From contig JBGQEL010000018.1 of NCBI GenBank assembly GCA_041496385.1, forward strand, positions 1-59,775: a stretch of 59,775 nucleotides of DNA. The letters run 5' to 3'. Under the pieces are notes generated by a model, which had not been told where the DNA came from, made no database searches, and was given only the letters and a program-made list of their open reading frames with translations. Both the position numbers and the translations under genes were made by a program. This DNA comes from Candidatus Methylomirabilia bacterium (GTDB lineage: Bacteria; Methylomirabilota; Methylomirabilia; Rokubacteriales; CSP1-6). Shown piece after piece: positions 11,390-21,015 of this stretch. Position 1 is the stretch's first letter; each line of letters starts with the position of its first letter.

Positions 11390-12082
11390 CTACTTGAAGT
11401 TGATCTCGAGTCTCACCGTCGGGAAGCCCAGGGACTTCTCGTCGTGCTTGACCTCGAACGGCTTGAAGTCGTCGGCGAGATAGTAGGCGCCGACGTGACG
11501 CCTCGGCTTCCCGTGCCGGCCCTCGACGTCCAGGCTGAACGGCAGCCGGAACGTGCCGGTGAAGCCAAACTTCACCGGGACCCCGTCGATGGTGGCGACA
11601 CCGTTGGTGATGAAGCCGAGCGGCGCCTTGTTCGCGAGGGCCAGCGAGAGGTCGGCGTCACCCCCAAACGTGCCGGTCATCACCACGAATTCGGGCGCGT
11701 CCGTCTTGTTGTTGTCCTGAACCACGACGGCGTACGTGCCGCTGACCGTGCCCTTGCCGGTCGCCAGGCTGAGGTCATCGGCGCCCGTCGCGTTCACCGT
11801 GCAGCTCTTGGCGTGCTTGACCAGGTACAGCACCTCCCAGGGGCAGAGCGGCGTCCCGACCTTGGCCGTACCCGCGAGCTGGGCCACGGCGCTGCGCCGA
11901 ACGGCCTGGCTGGGGTCGCTGACGGGGCTCCCCTTCGCGTCCAGGAGGTACATGTCCTCCGTGACCTCGTAGAGGACGGCGTCAGCCGCCAGCGCGGGGG
12001 CCGGCCCCACCATGAGCGCCAGCAGCAGGAACAGCAGGGACAGCGCGGTCCACATCACAGTGCTTTTCCAGTTCAGTGTCAT
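11390..12082 (-). CDS. Secreted beta-rich hypothetical protein (paralog A)
   Basis: Signal peptide ending ALA-A, SD GAGGAG. Clear paralogy with 17438..18190. No family recognised. Confidence 0.75.
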   Translation of the reverse strand: MTLNWKSTVMWTALSLLFLLLALMVGPAPALAADAVLYEVTEDMYLLDAKGSPVSDPSQAVRRSAVAQLAGTAKVGTPLCPWEVLYLVKHAKSCTVNATGADDLSLATGKGTVSGTYAVVVQDNNKTDAPEFVVMTGTFGGDADLSLALANKAPLGFITNGVATIDGVPVKFGFTGTFRLPFSLDVEGRHGKPRRHVGAYYLADDFKPFEVKHDEKSLGFPTVRLEINFK

Positions 12083-12146
12083 CACGTTCTCTCCTCGTCC
12101 ACGTTGTGGATAAGTCTCCATGTTTCTCATCCTGGGTACCGAGGAC

Positions 12147-12162
12147 TGCAAGGCAAGTACCA
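12147..12162 (-). promoter_or_regulatory. Sigma54 (-24/-12) promoter for paralog A
   Basis: TGGTACTTGCCTTGCA matches GG-N10-GC with the TTGC core. An AT-only tract lies directly upstream. Confidence 0.72.
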
Positions 12163-12309
12163 TCGGAGTCAATACTATAAATATATATATTTATTGACTT
12201 AATATGTAAGTATTTCCGGATTATATGATATTGGATGGTCTTTCTCATACCAGGACCTCGGGACCTTTGTGGCCAGGAATTTACTGCAGAAGAAGAAGGA
12301 GCGGCCGAC

Positions 12310-14505
12310 CTACTCGTCGTCGTCCGTGTTGCTGAGAGTGGCTCCCGGTTTCGCAGGCAGCTTCACGATGAAGTTCGAGCCACGACCGAGCTCGCTCTTG
12401 ACCTCGATCGTTCCACCGTGGCTCTGAACGATGCCCAGGCTGACGGAGAGGCCCAGCCCGGTCCCGCTCACGTCCGGCTTGGTCGTGAAGAAGGGCTCGA
12501 AGATCCGATCGAGGTGTTCGGCCGCGATTCCAGTGCCGGTGTCGAGGACCTCGACCTGGACCATGTCTCCGGCGACAGACGAGCGCAGTGTCAACGCGCC
12601 CCCATCCTTCATGACGTAGACGGCGTTGTTGACGAGGTTCAGGAACACTTGCTTGATCCGTGGCACGTCGATCTCAACGGGCGGCAATCCCTCCGCATAC
12701 GCCTCGGCGAGCGAGATCGAATCCAACGCGCCCTGGCGGCGAACCATCGCGATCGTCTGCTCGAGCACGCGATTGAGGTCCGTCATCTGCGGCACGAACT
12801 CGCGCTGGCGGCTGAAGTGGAGCAGGTCGCGCACGATATCCCGCGCGCGTCCCGCCTCCTCCTGGATGAGATCGAGCTCCTCGCGCATGGGCTGTCCCTG
12901 CGGTATCCGCTCGGCCAGAAACGAGGCGAATCCGAGCACGCTCGTCAGCGGGTTGTTGATCTCGTGGGCGATATTCGCCGCCAGCTCGCCGATCGCGGCG
13001 AGCTTCGTGGACTGGATGAGCTGCGCCTGGGTCCGCTTGAGCTCCGCGAGGAGCGTCTCGGTATGCCGAAGGCGCTCCTGCGTTTCTTCGTAGAGGCGCG
13101 CATTGCGGATCGCCGCGGTGGCGGACGTCGCGAGCGCCTCGCCCAGCGCGAGCTCTTCCGGAATGAAGGCGTGAGTCTCCCGGTACCAGACCGTGAGAAC
13201 GCCGACGAATTGATGCTCCAGGAAGAGCGGAAGCCCGAGGAACGAGCGGAACCCCTCGCCCGCGATCCAGTCCCGGTACGTCAGCGCCGGTCGCGCGAGG
13301 ACGTCGGTGAGCGCCAGCGTTGTCTTGTGCTTCATGATCCAGCCGACCAGGCCCTCGTCGTCGTCACCCGTGAGGCGTGTGCTCTCTTTCGGCGCGCGTG
13401 TGGAGCCCGCTTGCGCTTCGAGGCGGAACTCGTTCGGCGCCTCCTGGCGGAGCAGGATCCGCACGACGTCGGCGCCGAGCCGGGTTCGGACCAACTCGCT
13501 GAGTCGCTGGAGAACCTCGGAAACCTGCAGCGTGCCGGTCAGCAGGCGTCCCGCCTCGACGAGGCTGGCCTGCTCGGCGGCGCGCCGCATCACGCCCTCG
13601 TATAGCCGCGAATTCTCGACGGCGATCGCCACCTGGTCCGCCACGATCTTCAGGAGCTGTTCTTCGTCGGCCTTCGCGCCGACCGGAAGGACGTGCCGGG
13701 CCACCATGACGCCGAGCTGGCGCTCGCGCACGGTCAGCGGCAGGGTCCACTCGACCGGGTTCCATTCGTCCGTGGGTTCGGCGCCGGTGCCGGCGAGCAC
13801 GCTCCGGGGCTGACCGCTCGTCGGGCTCTCGATCACCACACTGACTCCGGGTGGCTCGCTGAGCTCGACACGAAGGCTGGTGGTGCCGATCGCCTGCGAG
13901 AGCCCGCGCAGCAGCCGTTCGAGCATCGGGACGACACCGAGCTCGGTCGTGGTGTCCTGGACGGCGTGGTGCAGGTCGGCGAGCTGGCTCGCCCGGCGGA
14001 CGAAGTGCTGGTTCAGCCGCTTCAGCTCCTCGACCTGGTTCAAGAGGCGGTAGACGAGGCGCTGGTTGAGCTCGCGCAGGTAGACGCCTTCCTCGCGGCC
14101 CTCGACGCGCTCGCGCTTGCCGCCGAGGAACTCGGCGACCTGGCGCGGAAACGCGTCGACGTTGATCGGCTTCTGGATGTAGCCGTCGCAGCCGGCGACC
14201 AGGGTTCGCTGGCGGTCGCCCTGCATCGCGTACGCGGTCAGCGCAATGACCGGCGTCGACGCCAGGTTCGGAAAAGACTTGAGGATCGCAACGATCTCGT
14301 AGCCGTCGACGCCCGGCAGGTTGATGTCGAGCAAGATCAGCGCCGGTTCCTCGCGGATCGCGCCCTCGATACCTGCAAGACCATCCTCGGCCTCGACGAT
14401 CGTGTATCCAGCGGCCTCGAGGACCGCGCGTACGAGCATGCGGTTCTCGGGATTGTCCTCGATGTAGAGGATCTTCGGCTTCTTGTCCAGCGCCCGTGCC
14501 GGCAT
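12310..14505 (-). CDS. Hybrid histidine kinase: REC-GAF-GAF-HisKA-HATPase
   Basis: ILYIEDN..LLDINLP..ALTA..KP receiver, GAF ends [10 protein letters not shown] / [27 protein letters not shown]. Confidence 0.92.
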   Translation of the reverse strand: MPARALDKKPKILYIEDNPENRMLVRAVLEAAGYTIVEAEDGLAGIEGAIREEPALILLDINLPGVDGYEIVAILKSFPNLASTPVIALTAYAMQGDRQRTLVAGCDGYIQKPINVDAFPRQVAEFLGGKRERVEGREEGVYLRELNQRLVYRLLNQVEELKRLNQHFVRRASQLADLHHAVQDTTTELGVVPMLERLLRGLSQAIGTTSLRVELSEPPGVSVVIESPTSGQPRSVLAGTGAEPTDEWNPVEWTLPLTVRERQLGVMVARHVLPVGAKADEEQLLKIVADQVAIAVENSRLYEGVMRRAAEQASLVEAGRLLTGTLQVSEVLQRLSELVRTRLGADVVRILLRQEAPNEFRLEAQAGSTRAPKESTRLTGDDDEGLVGWIMKHKTTLALTDVLARPALTYRDWIAGEGFRSFLGLPLFLEHQFVGVLTVWYRETHAFIPEELALGEALATSATAAIRNARLYEETQERLRHTETLLAELKRTQAQLIQSTKLAAIGELAANIAHEINNPLTSVLGFASFLAERIPQGQPMREELDLIQEEAGRARDIVRDLLHFSRQREFVPQMTDLNRVLEQTIAMVRRQGALDSISLAEAYAEGLPPVEIDVPRIKQVFLNLVNNAVYVMKDGGALTLRSSVAGDMVQVEVLDTGTGIAAEHLDRIFEPFFTTKPDVSGTGLGLSVSLGIVQSHGGTIEVKSELGRGSNFIVKLPAKPGATLSNTDDDE

Positions 14506-14521
14506 GGCTCCGATCGTCCCC

Positions 14522-16648
14522 CTAGCTCAGGTTCAAAGGCAGCGTGAAGTAGAACGTCGATCCCCGGTTCTCGCGGCTCTCCGCCCAGACCCGACCGCCG
14601 TGGAGCTCGACGAACTTCTTGCTGATCGCGAGCCCCAGACCCGTCCCGCCCGCGCCACGCGCGACGGGGTTGTCGAGCTGCTGGAACGGCTCGAATAGAC
14701 GGGCGAGGTCCTCCTGGCGGATGCCGATACCGGTGTCGGCGACGCTGATGCGCATCGTGTTGGGGTCGGCGATCACCCCGACCAGCACACTGCCCTGCGT
14801 CGTGAACTTGATCGCGTTGGACAGCAAATTGAGGAGGATTTGCTTCACCTTGGTGCGGTCGGCGTTCAGCCGCGGCAGCTCGAGCGGCACGTTCGTCTCG
14901 AGCTTGAGCTGCTTGCCGCGGGCCAGCGGCATGGACGACTCGATGCACTCGTCGATCAGCTCGTGCAGGTCGATCTCCTCGGACACCATCTCGAGCTTGC
15001 CCGCCTCGATGCGGGAGAAGTCGAGAATGCCGTTGATGAGCTGGAGCAGGTGGGTGCCGCTGTTGTGGACGGAGCGGATGTACACCTGCTGGCGCTCGGT
15101 GAGCTCGCCGTCCAGCCGATTCAGCAGGACCTTGGAGAAGCCGATGATCGAGTTGAGCGGCGTCCGAAGCTCGTGCGACATGCTCGCCAGGAACTGCGAC
15201 TTGAGGCGGCTCGCCTGCATGAGCTGGGCGTTCGACGCCGAAAGCTCCTCGTACAGGCGCGCGTTTTCCAGCGAGATCGCCACCTGGTTCGCGAGGACAG
15301 CGAGCACCTCGAGCTCCTGGTTGTCGAAGATCTCTCCCGAGAGCTTCTCACCGACGAGCAGAATGCCGGTCAACTTGTTCTCGATCTTGAGCGGCACGAT
15401 CAGGGCCGCGTGGATCTCCTCCAGCTCGCCCTCGGCGATCTCGAAATACTCGGCCATCTCGGGATTGAGCTTGACCTCTTCCTTGACCAGTACGCGTCCC
15501 GTCTGATTGAGCCACTGCACGATCGGGCTGTCCACGGAGATCAGCGTGACCCCCGCGCCCTCCCCGAGGCTGTTGTCCTCCCGATACAGGACGAAGGCGC
15601 TCCGGGACGGGTCGTAGATCATGAGCGAGCAGTGCGTCAGCGGCACGCCGCGGACCAGGCCGTGGACGAGAGTTTCCATGAGTCGGCCGAAGTCCAGGAT
15701 CGTCCCCATCCGCTTGGAGAGATCGAGAAGCGTCTGGTAGCAGCCTCGGCGCTTGCTGAACATGAGGCGCTCGAGCACCTCCTCGAGGCGCTGGCCGAGC
15801 GGGCTCACGAGGAGTGTCATGATGAAGCCGAGCGGAAGGATGATCCACAGCGCATTGATCTGTTCCCAGTCCGCGTACTGCTCGATCATCACGAGGACCG
15901 ACGTCACCACGCCCCAGAGCACCAGGTAGATCGCGCCCTTCTTCACCGCCACGTTCACGTCGAACAGGCGGTAGCGCACGATGGACGTGCCGAGCATGAG
16001 CGCAAACACCATGTTCGCCGGGATACCCATCGGGTACACGAGGTCGGCGGCCGGCACGAAGCGGGCGACGAGGAACCGTGCGATGTCGATGAACCCGCCC
16101 GCGAGGCTCACGAGCGTGCCGAGGAGAATGAGCGTCGCCCGGTTGCGCCGGAAGCTCGAGTCCACGTCCTTGTACGCCCGCACGAGGTGCGAGAGGCCGT
16201 AGATCATGAAGAAGAAGAAGTAGAGGAAGAAGGGCGTGTAGAGGGGACCCGTCGCCGGCGCCCAGCCCCAGTAGGTCCACTTCACGCCCTTCAGGAACAG
16301 GGTCGACCCGCTCAGATTGACGATGCTGAAGGAGATGGCGAGCAGGTACACCGAGACGAGCGACCGCCGGTGCTGGGTCGTGCTCTCCAGGAAGATCAGG
16401 ACGAAGTGGTAGTAGAGGGCCGGGATCACGACGATGGCCGTGTGGATGATGATTTCCCAGAAGCCCGCCGTCAGCTCGTCCGGGGCCCGCCTGAGCATGT
16501 AGACGCCGAAGTTCCAGACGGCCATGCCCGCCACGAAGTACGCGAAGAGCCGGTTCAGCCGGCTGCCAGCGTTGCGCACGAGCGTGATCGCGCCGATCAG
16601 GACGTTCAGGAGCAGCGCGATCAGCGGCAGGAGGTTATGAAGCGTCAA
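14522..16648 (-). CDS. Membrane sensor histidine kinase: N-terminal multi-TM (HisKA_7TM-like) domain, GAF, HisKA, HATPase
   Basis: About 8-9 hydrophobic segments, SIVRYRLFDV motif, AISLENARLY, SHELRTP, GGTGLGL. TTG start at ~16648 overlaps the GNAT gene end. Confidence 0.9.
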   Translation of the reverse strand: MTLHNLLPLIALLLNVLIGAITLVRNAGSRLNRLFAYFVAGMAVWNFGVYMLRRAPDELTAGFWEIIIHTAIVVIPALYYHFVLIFLESTTQHRRSLVSVYLLAISFSIVNLSGSTLFLKGVKWTYWGWAPATGPLYTPFFLYFFFFMIYGLSHLVRAYKDVDSSFRRNRATLILLGTLVSLAGGFIDIARFLVARFVPAADLVYPMGIPANMVFALMLGTSIVRYRLFDVNVAVKKGAIYLVLWGVVTSVLVMIEQYADWEQINALWIILPLGFIMTLLVSPLGQRLEEVLERLMFSKRRGCYQTLLDLSKRMGTILDFGRLMETLVHGLVRGVPLTHCSLMIYDPSRSAFVLYREDNSLGEGAGVTLISVDSPIVQWLNQTGRVLVKEEVKLNPEMAEYFEIAEGELEEIHAALIVPLKIENKLTGILLVGEKLSGEIFDNQELEVLAVLANQVAISLENARLYEELSASNAQLMQASRLKSQFLASMSHELRTPLNSIIGFSKVLLNRLDGELTERQQVYIRSVHNSGTHLLQLINGILDFSRIEAGKLEMVSEEIDLHELIDECIESSMPLARGKQLKLETNVPLELPRLNADRTKVKQILLNLLSNAIKFTTQGSVLVGVIADPNTMRISVADTGIGIRQEDLARLFEPFQQLDNPVARGAGGTGLGLAISKKFVELHGGRVWAESRENRGSTFYFTLPLNLS

Positions 16649-17330
16649 GGGTGTCCCATTCGGAACCGAGCGGCAGGTAGGGCTTGTCCTTCCTGCGCTC
16701 CTCGTCGATCTCGTCCTTGAGGATGCCGAAGACAAGCACGTCCCAGTAGCGACCGTCCTGGTAGCCGGCCTTGCGGAGAAGACCCTCCTGCTGGAATCCG
16801 TTGCGGCGCAGAGAGTTTGCGCTCAAGCGGTTGTACTCGTACACCTTGGCCTCGATGCGCCGGAGCCCCAGCACGTCGACTCCATAGTACGAGATGAGCT
16901 TGCCCGCCTCGACGCCAAATCCGCGCCGGATGGCCTTTTGGTCGGTCAGCATCACTTCGAGGAAGCAGTAGCCCTCGAGGAGATGGATGTTGAAGAGACG
17001 GGCGAGGCCGATCGGCTTCTCCCAGCCGTGGTTAGCCTCGATGACGAGAACCACCTGGGTCGCGTCCGTGAGGATGGCGTCGTAGAACGACTCGTCCTTG
17101 TCGTACACGGCCCTGTAGACGTTCAGGAACTCGCTCCCGACCATCCGCTCGATGAAGGAATCCTCCGCCCACCCGGAGAGGTACGTCAGATCCTCCGGCG
17201 CGAGCGTACGGAGATAGACGCGGGTCCCGCGGGAGACGACGCCGGCCCGGCGCCTCGCCCGATCACCGTCTTCGGCGGGAGTGAGCGGGGCGGGTCCCAC
17301 GTCGCTCACCGTGGCCGGACCAGCGGGCAC
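16635..17330 (-). CDS. GNAT acetyltransferase (RimJ/RimL/SpeG-like)
   Basis: VYLRTL..EDL, RRGFG CoA-binding motif, LRRIEAKVYEYN..S, GFQQEGLLR. Exact start uncertain. Confidence 0.85.
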   Translation of the reverse strand: MPAGPATVSDVGPAPLTPAEDGDRARRRAGVVSRGTRVYLRTLAPEDLTYLSGWAEDSFIERMVGSEFLNVYRAVYDKDESFYDAILTDATQVVLVIEANHGWEKPIGLARLFNIHLLEGYCFLEVMLTDQKAIRRGFGVEAGKLISYYGVDVLGLRRIEAKVYEYNRLSANSLRRNGFQQEGLLRKAGYQDGRYWDVLVFGILKDEIDEERRKDKPYLPLGSEWDTLDAS

Positions 17331-17344
17331 GGCCGGCGTTCCAG

Positions 17345-17376
17345 AAAAAGCCCGACACCCCCCTGCATCAGGGGGG
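17345..17376 (-). terminator. Putative intrinsic terminator downstream of paralog B
   Basis: CCCCCCTG-cat-CAGGGGGG hairpin followed on the minus strand by tgtcgggcTTTTT. Confidence 0.55.
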
Positions 17377-17437
17377 CGCCGACATCGTCGCAGACCGCCG
17401 CCATCGAGGTCATTGCGTCAGCCCGAGCGGCTCGTGC

Positions 17438-18190
17438 TCAAGGCGCGAACGTGATCTCGAAACGGACCGTCGGGTAGCCGACGGCCAGTTCGTCCGCGAC
17501 CGCGTCGATACAGGCGTTCCGGGGGTCCCCGGGTCCGAAGAACCTGTCGGTCCAGGCCACATCACCATGCCCCGGAATCAGGGGGGCGCTTCGAGCGCTG
17601 AAAACTCCGCAATGGAACTGCCGCTGCGTGAGCCCGGTGGGGGTACCGTCGGGGAGCAGGAAAGGGTCGGTACCGATGAACGGCTGACGGAAGATGCCCG
17701 TGAAGGGGAACCGTCCTCGGACACCTGAGATCGTCATACGCCCCTGTGCTGTCCCGAAGCCCGCGCCGGAGAATGCGGGACTGAAGTCGATCTTTCCGTC
17801 GAAGTGTCCCCTCATGACGACGAACTCGGGCGAGTCCACCGAGCCCGGCTCATTGATGACAACGGTGAAGCTGCCGAAGAGTGGGCCCTTCCCGTTCTTC
17901 AGGCTCACGTCATCGTTGCCGACGGCGTTGACGGCGCAGCGGTTCGCCTCGGGTTTGACAGAGATGACGAGTTCGGGCGGGCACAAGGGCGAGCCGAGGT
18001 CGGCGAAGCCCAAGAGGGCAGACGTCGCCACGCGGTGCTGGTTCATCCGCCGTTGCTTCGTGAGTTTCATGTTCTCCGTGACCTCGTAGAGCGTCACGTC
18101 GGCGGCGATGGCGGTGCTTGGGACGACCGCCAGTGCCAGCAGAAGCGATGCGGACGACCATGCGACTGTGGATCTCCACGTCATGCCCAT
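17438..18190 (-). CDS. Secreted beta-rich hypothetical protein (paralog B)
   Basis: Signal peptide ending AIA-A. Shares LYEVTE, PLCP, C.VNA.G.DD.SL..GKG, PEFVVM.G.F, FTG.FR.PF and G.PTVR.EI.F with paralog A. Confidence 0.75.
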   Translation of the reverse strand: MGMTWRSTVAWSSASLLLALAVVPSTAIAADVTLYEVTENMKLTKQRRMNQHRVATSALLGFADLGSPLCPPELVISVKPEANRCAVNAVGNDDVSLKNGKGPLFGSFTVVINEPGSVDSPEFVVMRGHFDGKIDFSPAFSGAGFGTAQGRMTISGVRGRFPFTGIFRQPFIGTDPFLLPDGTPTGLTQRQFHCGVFSARSAPLIPGHGDVAWTDRFFGPGDPRNACIDAVADELAVGYPTVRFEITFAP

Positions 18191-18247
18191 CGCGTCACAC
18201 TCCTCATTCCGTGATCCGGGGGAATCCCGGTGAAGCCCAGCCCATCG

Positions 18248-18970
18248 TCACTCGGGGACACGGGCCCATGCCAGATGGCTGAGCCCCGCCAGAAATGTCC
18301 GCCTCGACTCAAGGAGATCGAACCCAGCGCGTTCGAGCACCGCGTGGAGCTCCCGGTCGCTCAGGTACCGGTGCTCGCAGTCCCGGAACAGTTCGAAAAG
18401 CGCCGTCGGTACGAGCCAGCGCAGCGCGCCCACGGCTGCACGGTTCCCATTCGCCTTACGAACTTCCTGGAACGTCTGCGCGACCCGCGCGGCACGCCCG
18501 TAGGTCAGGAAGATCGCGTGCCCTCCGGGCTTGAGTGCGCGCCGGCACGCAGCGAGAAGCGCGTCGGGGTCAGGATGCCAGTAGAGCGTGTGCATGCTGA
18601 CGAGGACGTCGAACGTGCCTGCCCCCGGCAGCGGATCGTGAGCCATCTCGAGATTGTGGAACGTGAGATTCGTCGGTGCTCCGGCTGCCCGGTGTTTCTC
18701 GCGGGCGATCGCGATCAAATGCCGTACAGCGTCGACGCCGACGGCGGTGTACCCCGCCTTCGCGAGCCGGAGGCCGACGTTGCCGATGCCGCAGGAGATG
18801 TCCAGCACCTTGACCGCCCGCATGTTTTCCGTGGCCGGTACCGACCGGGCGACAAGCCCGACGACCTCTTCGATCATGGCCTCGTACGGCCCGAACCGAG
18901 TGACGACGGTGTCATACGTCGTGCCGTATGTCACGGCAATCATGTGCTCCAGCGCTCCGCGAACGCGCAT
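18248..18970 (-). CDS. Class I SAM-dependent methyltransferase
   Basis: VLDISCGIG, GVDA, FDVLVS..TLY, ALKPGG. ATG 18970 after AGGAG. Confidence 0.88.
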   Translation of the reverse strand: MRVRGALEHMIAVTYGTTYDTVVTRFGPYEAMIEEVVGLVARSVPATENMRAVKVLDISCGIGNVGLRLAKAGYTAVGVDAVRHLIAIAREKHRAAGAPTNLTFHNLEMAHDPLPGAGTFDVLVSMHTLYWHPDPDALLAACRRALKPGGHAIFLTYGRAARVAQTFQEVRKANGNRAAVGALRWLVPTALFELFRDCEHRYLSDRELHAVLERAGFDLLESRRTFLAGLSHLAWARVPE

Positions 18971-19071
18971 GCAGTCTCCTGGGCCTCCAGCCCGCTCAAC
19001 GCTGATAGCGCCGGCCATGGGCCGAGCGGGGCGTGGCTCGCTCTCCGGCAAGTTCAACGATCCGCCGCGTC

Positions 19072-19449
19072 CTACGATTTCGTCGCGAGGACTTTGTCGA
19101 CAGCCCCGCGCAGCTCCGACGGCGTGAAAGGCTTCAACAGGATGTAGTTGAAACCGAGACGCGTTGCCTCGTTGATGATGTCGGGCGTCCCGTGCGCAGT
19201 CATGAGAATCCACGCCATCTCCGGGCGGATCTGCCTCGCTTGCTCGAGGACCTCGAATCCGTTCATGCCGGGCATCTTGTAGTCGACGACGAGAAGATCG
19301 AACGGCTCCTTGCGAACCAGCTCGATCGCCGTCTCGCCACGGTTCGCCGCCCGGATCGAGTATCCGAGTGCCTGCAACACGTTGACGCAGAGGATCACCA
19401 CGGGGCCGGCGTCGTCGACAACGAGGATCTTGGGCTTGCTTTCCATCAC
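19072..19449 (-). CDS. Single-domain response regulator (receiver)
   Basis: ILVVDD, VVDYKMP, LMTAHG, KPF. Confidence 0.9.
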   Translation of the reverse strand: MMESKPKILVVDDAGPVVILCVNVLQALGYSIRAANRGETAIELVRKEPFDLLVVDYKMPGMNGFEVLEQARQIRPEMAWILMTAHGTPDIINEATRLGFNYILLKPFTPSELRGAVDKVLATKS

Positions 19450-21008
19450 TGGGCCACCAGCTGCTGCGCGGCGGCCACGGGCGCCTCCGCGGAGCGCAGA
19501 TCGAAGTGTCGACTGATTTGGTCGAGCCGGCTCATCGGGATCGAGACAAAAGCCTCGGCGATCGCCGGATCGAACTGGGTCCGCGCATTCTTCGAGATTT
19601 CCTCGAGCGCGGCCTCGAGCGGCCGCCTGCTACGGTACGGACGATCGGAGGTCATCGCGTCGAATGCGTCCGCCACGGTGACGACACGCGCGATGAGCGG
19701 GATATCTTCGCCCGTGAGACCGTCAGGATATCCCTTGCCGTCGTAGCGCTCGTGGTGGTGGCGCACGGCCTTGGCCTCGCACACCAAGAAACGCAGCGGC
19801 TTGAGGATCTTGTCACCGACGACGGGATGGCTCCGGATCAGCTCGAACTCCTCCTCCGTGAGCTGCCGCGGCTTCCGCAGGATGTTGTCCAGGACCACCA
19901 GTTTGCCCAAATCGTGCAGCATGCCTGCGCGACCGAACACCAAGATCTCGCTCGGCGGCACTCCCATAACCGTCGCGAGCTCCGCCGAGTAGAGCGAGAC
20001 CCGCGCCGAATGGCCTTTGAGATACGGATCCTTGGACTCGAGTGCGATCACGAACGAAGAGATCGTGTCGATCAGGTTCTTTTCGAGGTTCTCGCGTAAC
20101 ACGATTTTTTGAAGCGCGACCGCGGTCGTCTGCGCGTAGCCGAGCAGGAGCGCCTTCTCGTCGGGGAGGAAGGCGCCGCCCTGCGCATCGCGCGCGATGC
20201 ACAGGATGCCCATCGAGTCGCCGACGCCCGGGATCATCGCGGCGAGCGCCGCGAAGCCGTGCTCGTGCCCCGTGAGCAGCAGCGTCTCCCGGCCGTCCGT
20301 CTTGAGGACGAGTCCGAACTTGGCCTGCAATAGCGCCAGGAGCTGCTGGATGAGGTCGGGTTGACCCATCCGGCTGGCGTTGAACTTGCCGTCCTGGTCG
20401 CACAGCAGCATGACCGCTGCGTCGCAGCGCAGGCTCTGGAGCGTCTTCTCGAGCACTTTCTCGACGAACGTGCTCGGCTCGAGCCCGGCGAGTGCGAGCT
20501 CGCCAATGCTCGCCATAGCCTCGACACCACCCTGGCGGCGGGCGAGCTCCTCGGTGAGGCCAGCCGGGTAGCTGACGTTTCCGTTGCCGTCGGCGCGGTC
20601 GCGCCGCAGACGCTGGACGAGCTCTTTGACCTCGGTCATCGAGAAAGGTTTTGGCAAGTAGTCGTACGCCCCATGCCGCAGTCCGAAGACCGCGGAGTTG
20701 ACGGACGGCACCCCCGTGATGAGCACCACCGGGGTACCGGGCTGCTTGCCCTTGATGGCGCGGAGCAGGTCGAGCCCGGAGAGACCCGGCATCTTGATGT
20801 CGGAAACAACGAGATCGAATGGATGGTCACCGAGCCGTTCCAGTGCCTGCTCGGCCGTCGAGGCGGTCGTCGCCTGGCAATGGTTCGCCGTGAAGGCCGA
20901 CAGGAGGAACCTGAGAACCGATGCATTGTCGTCCACGAGGAGGACGCGCAGGAGTTCCGGCTGCGTCTCCGCGGTCGTCGCGAGTTCCGGCACGGTCTTG
21001 GTGGTCAT
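19446..21008 (-). CDS. REC-GAF-HD-GYP cyclic-dinucleotide phosphodiesterase response regulator
   Basis: Receiver SDIKMP; GHSARV, LHDLGK, HHERYDGKGYP and ADAFDAMTSDRPYR all intact. Confidence 0.92.
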   Translation of the reverse strand: MTTKTVPELATTAETQPELLRVLLVDDNASVLRFLLSAFTANHCQATTASTAEQALERLGDHPFDLVVSDIKMPGLSGLDLLRAIKGKQPGTPVVLITGVPSVNSAVFGLRHGAYDYLPKPFSMTEVKELVQRLRRDRADGNGNVSYPAGLTEELARRQGGVEAMASIGELALAGLEPSTFVEKVLEKTLQSLRCDAAVMLLCDQDGKFNASRMGQPDLIQQLLALLQAKFGLVLKTDGRETLLLTGHEHGFAALAAMIPGVGDSMGILCIARDAQGGAFLPDEKALLLGYAQTTAVALQKIVLRENLEKNLIDTISSFVIALESKDPYLKGHSARVSLYSAELATVMGVPPSEILVFGRAGMLHDLGKLVVLDNILRKPRQLTEEEFELIRSHPVVGDKILKPLRFLVCEAKAVRHHHERYDGKGYPDGLTGEDIPLIARVVTVADAFDAMTSDRPYRSRRPLEAALEEISKNARTQFDPAIAEAFVSIPMSRLDQISRHFDLRSAEAPVAAAQQLVAQ

Positions 21009-21015
21009 GCCGGCG

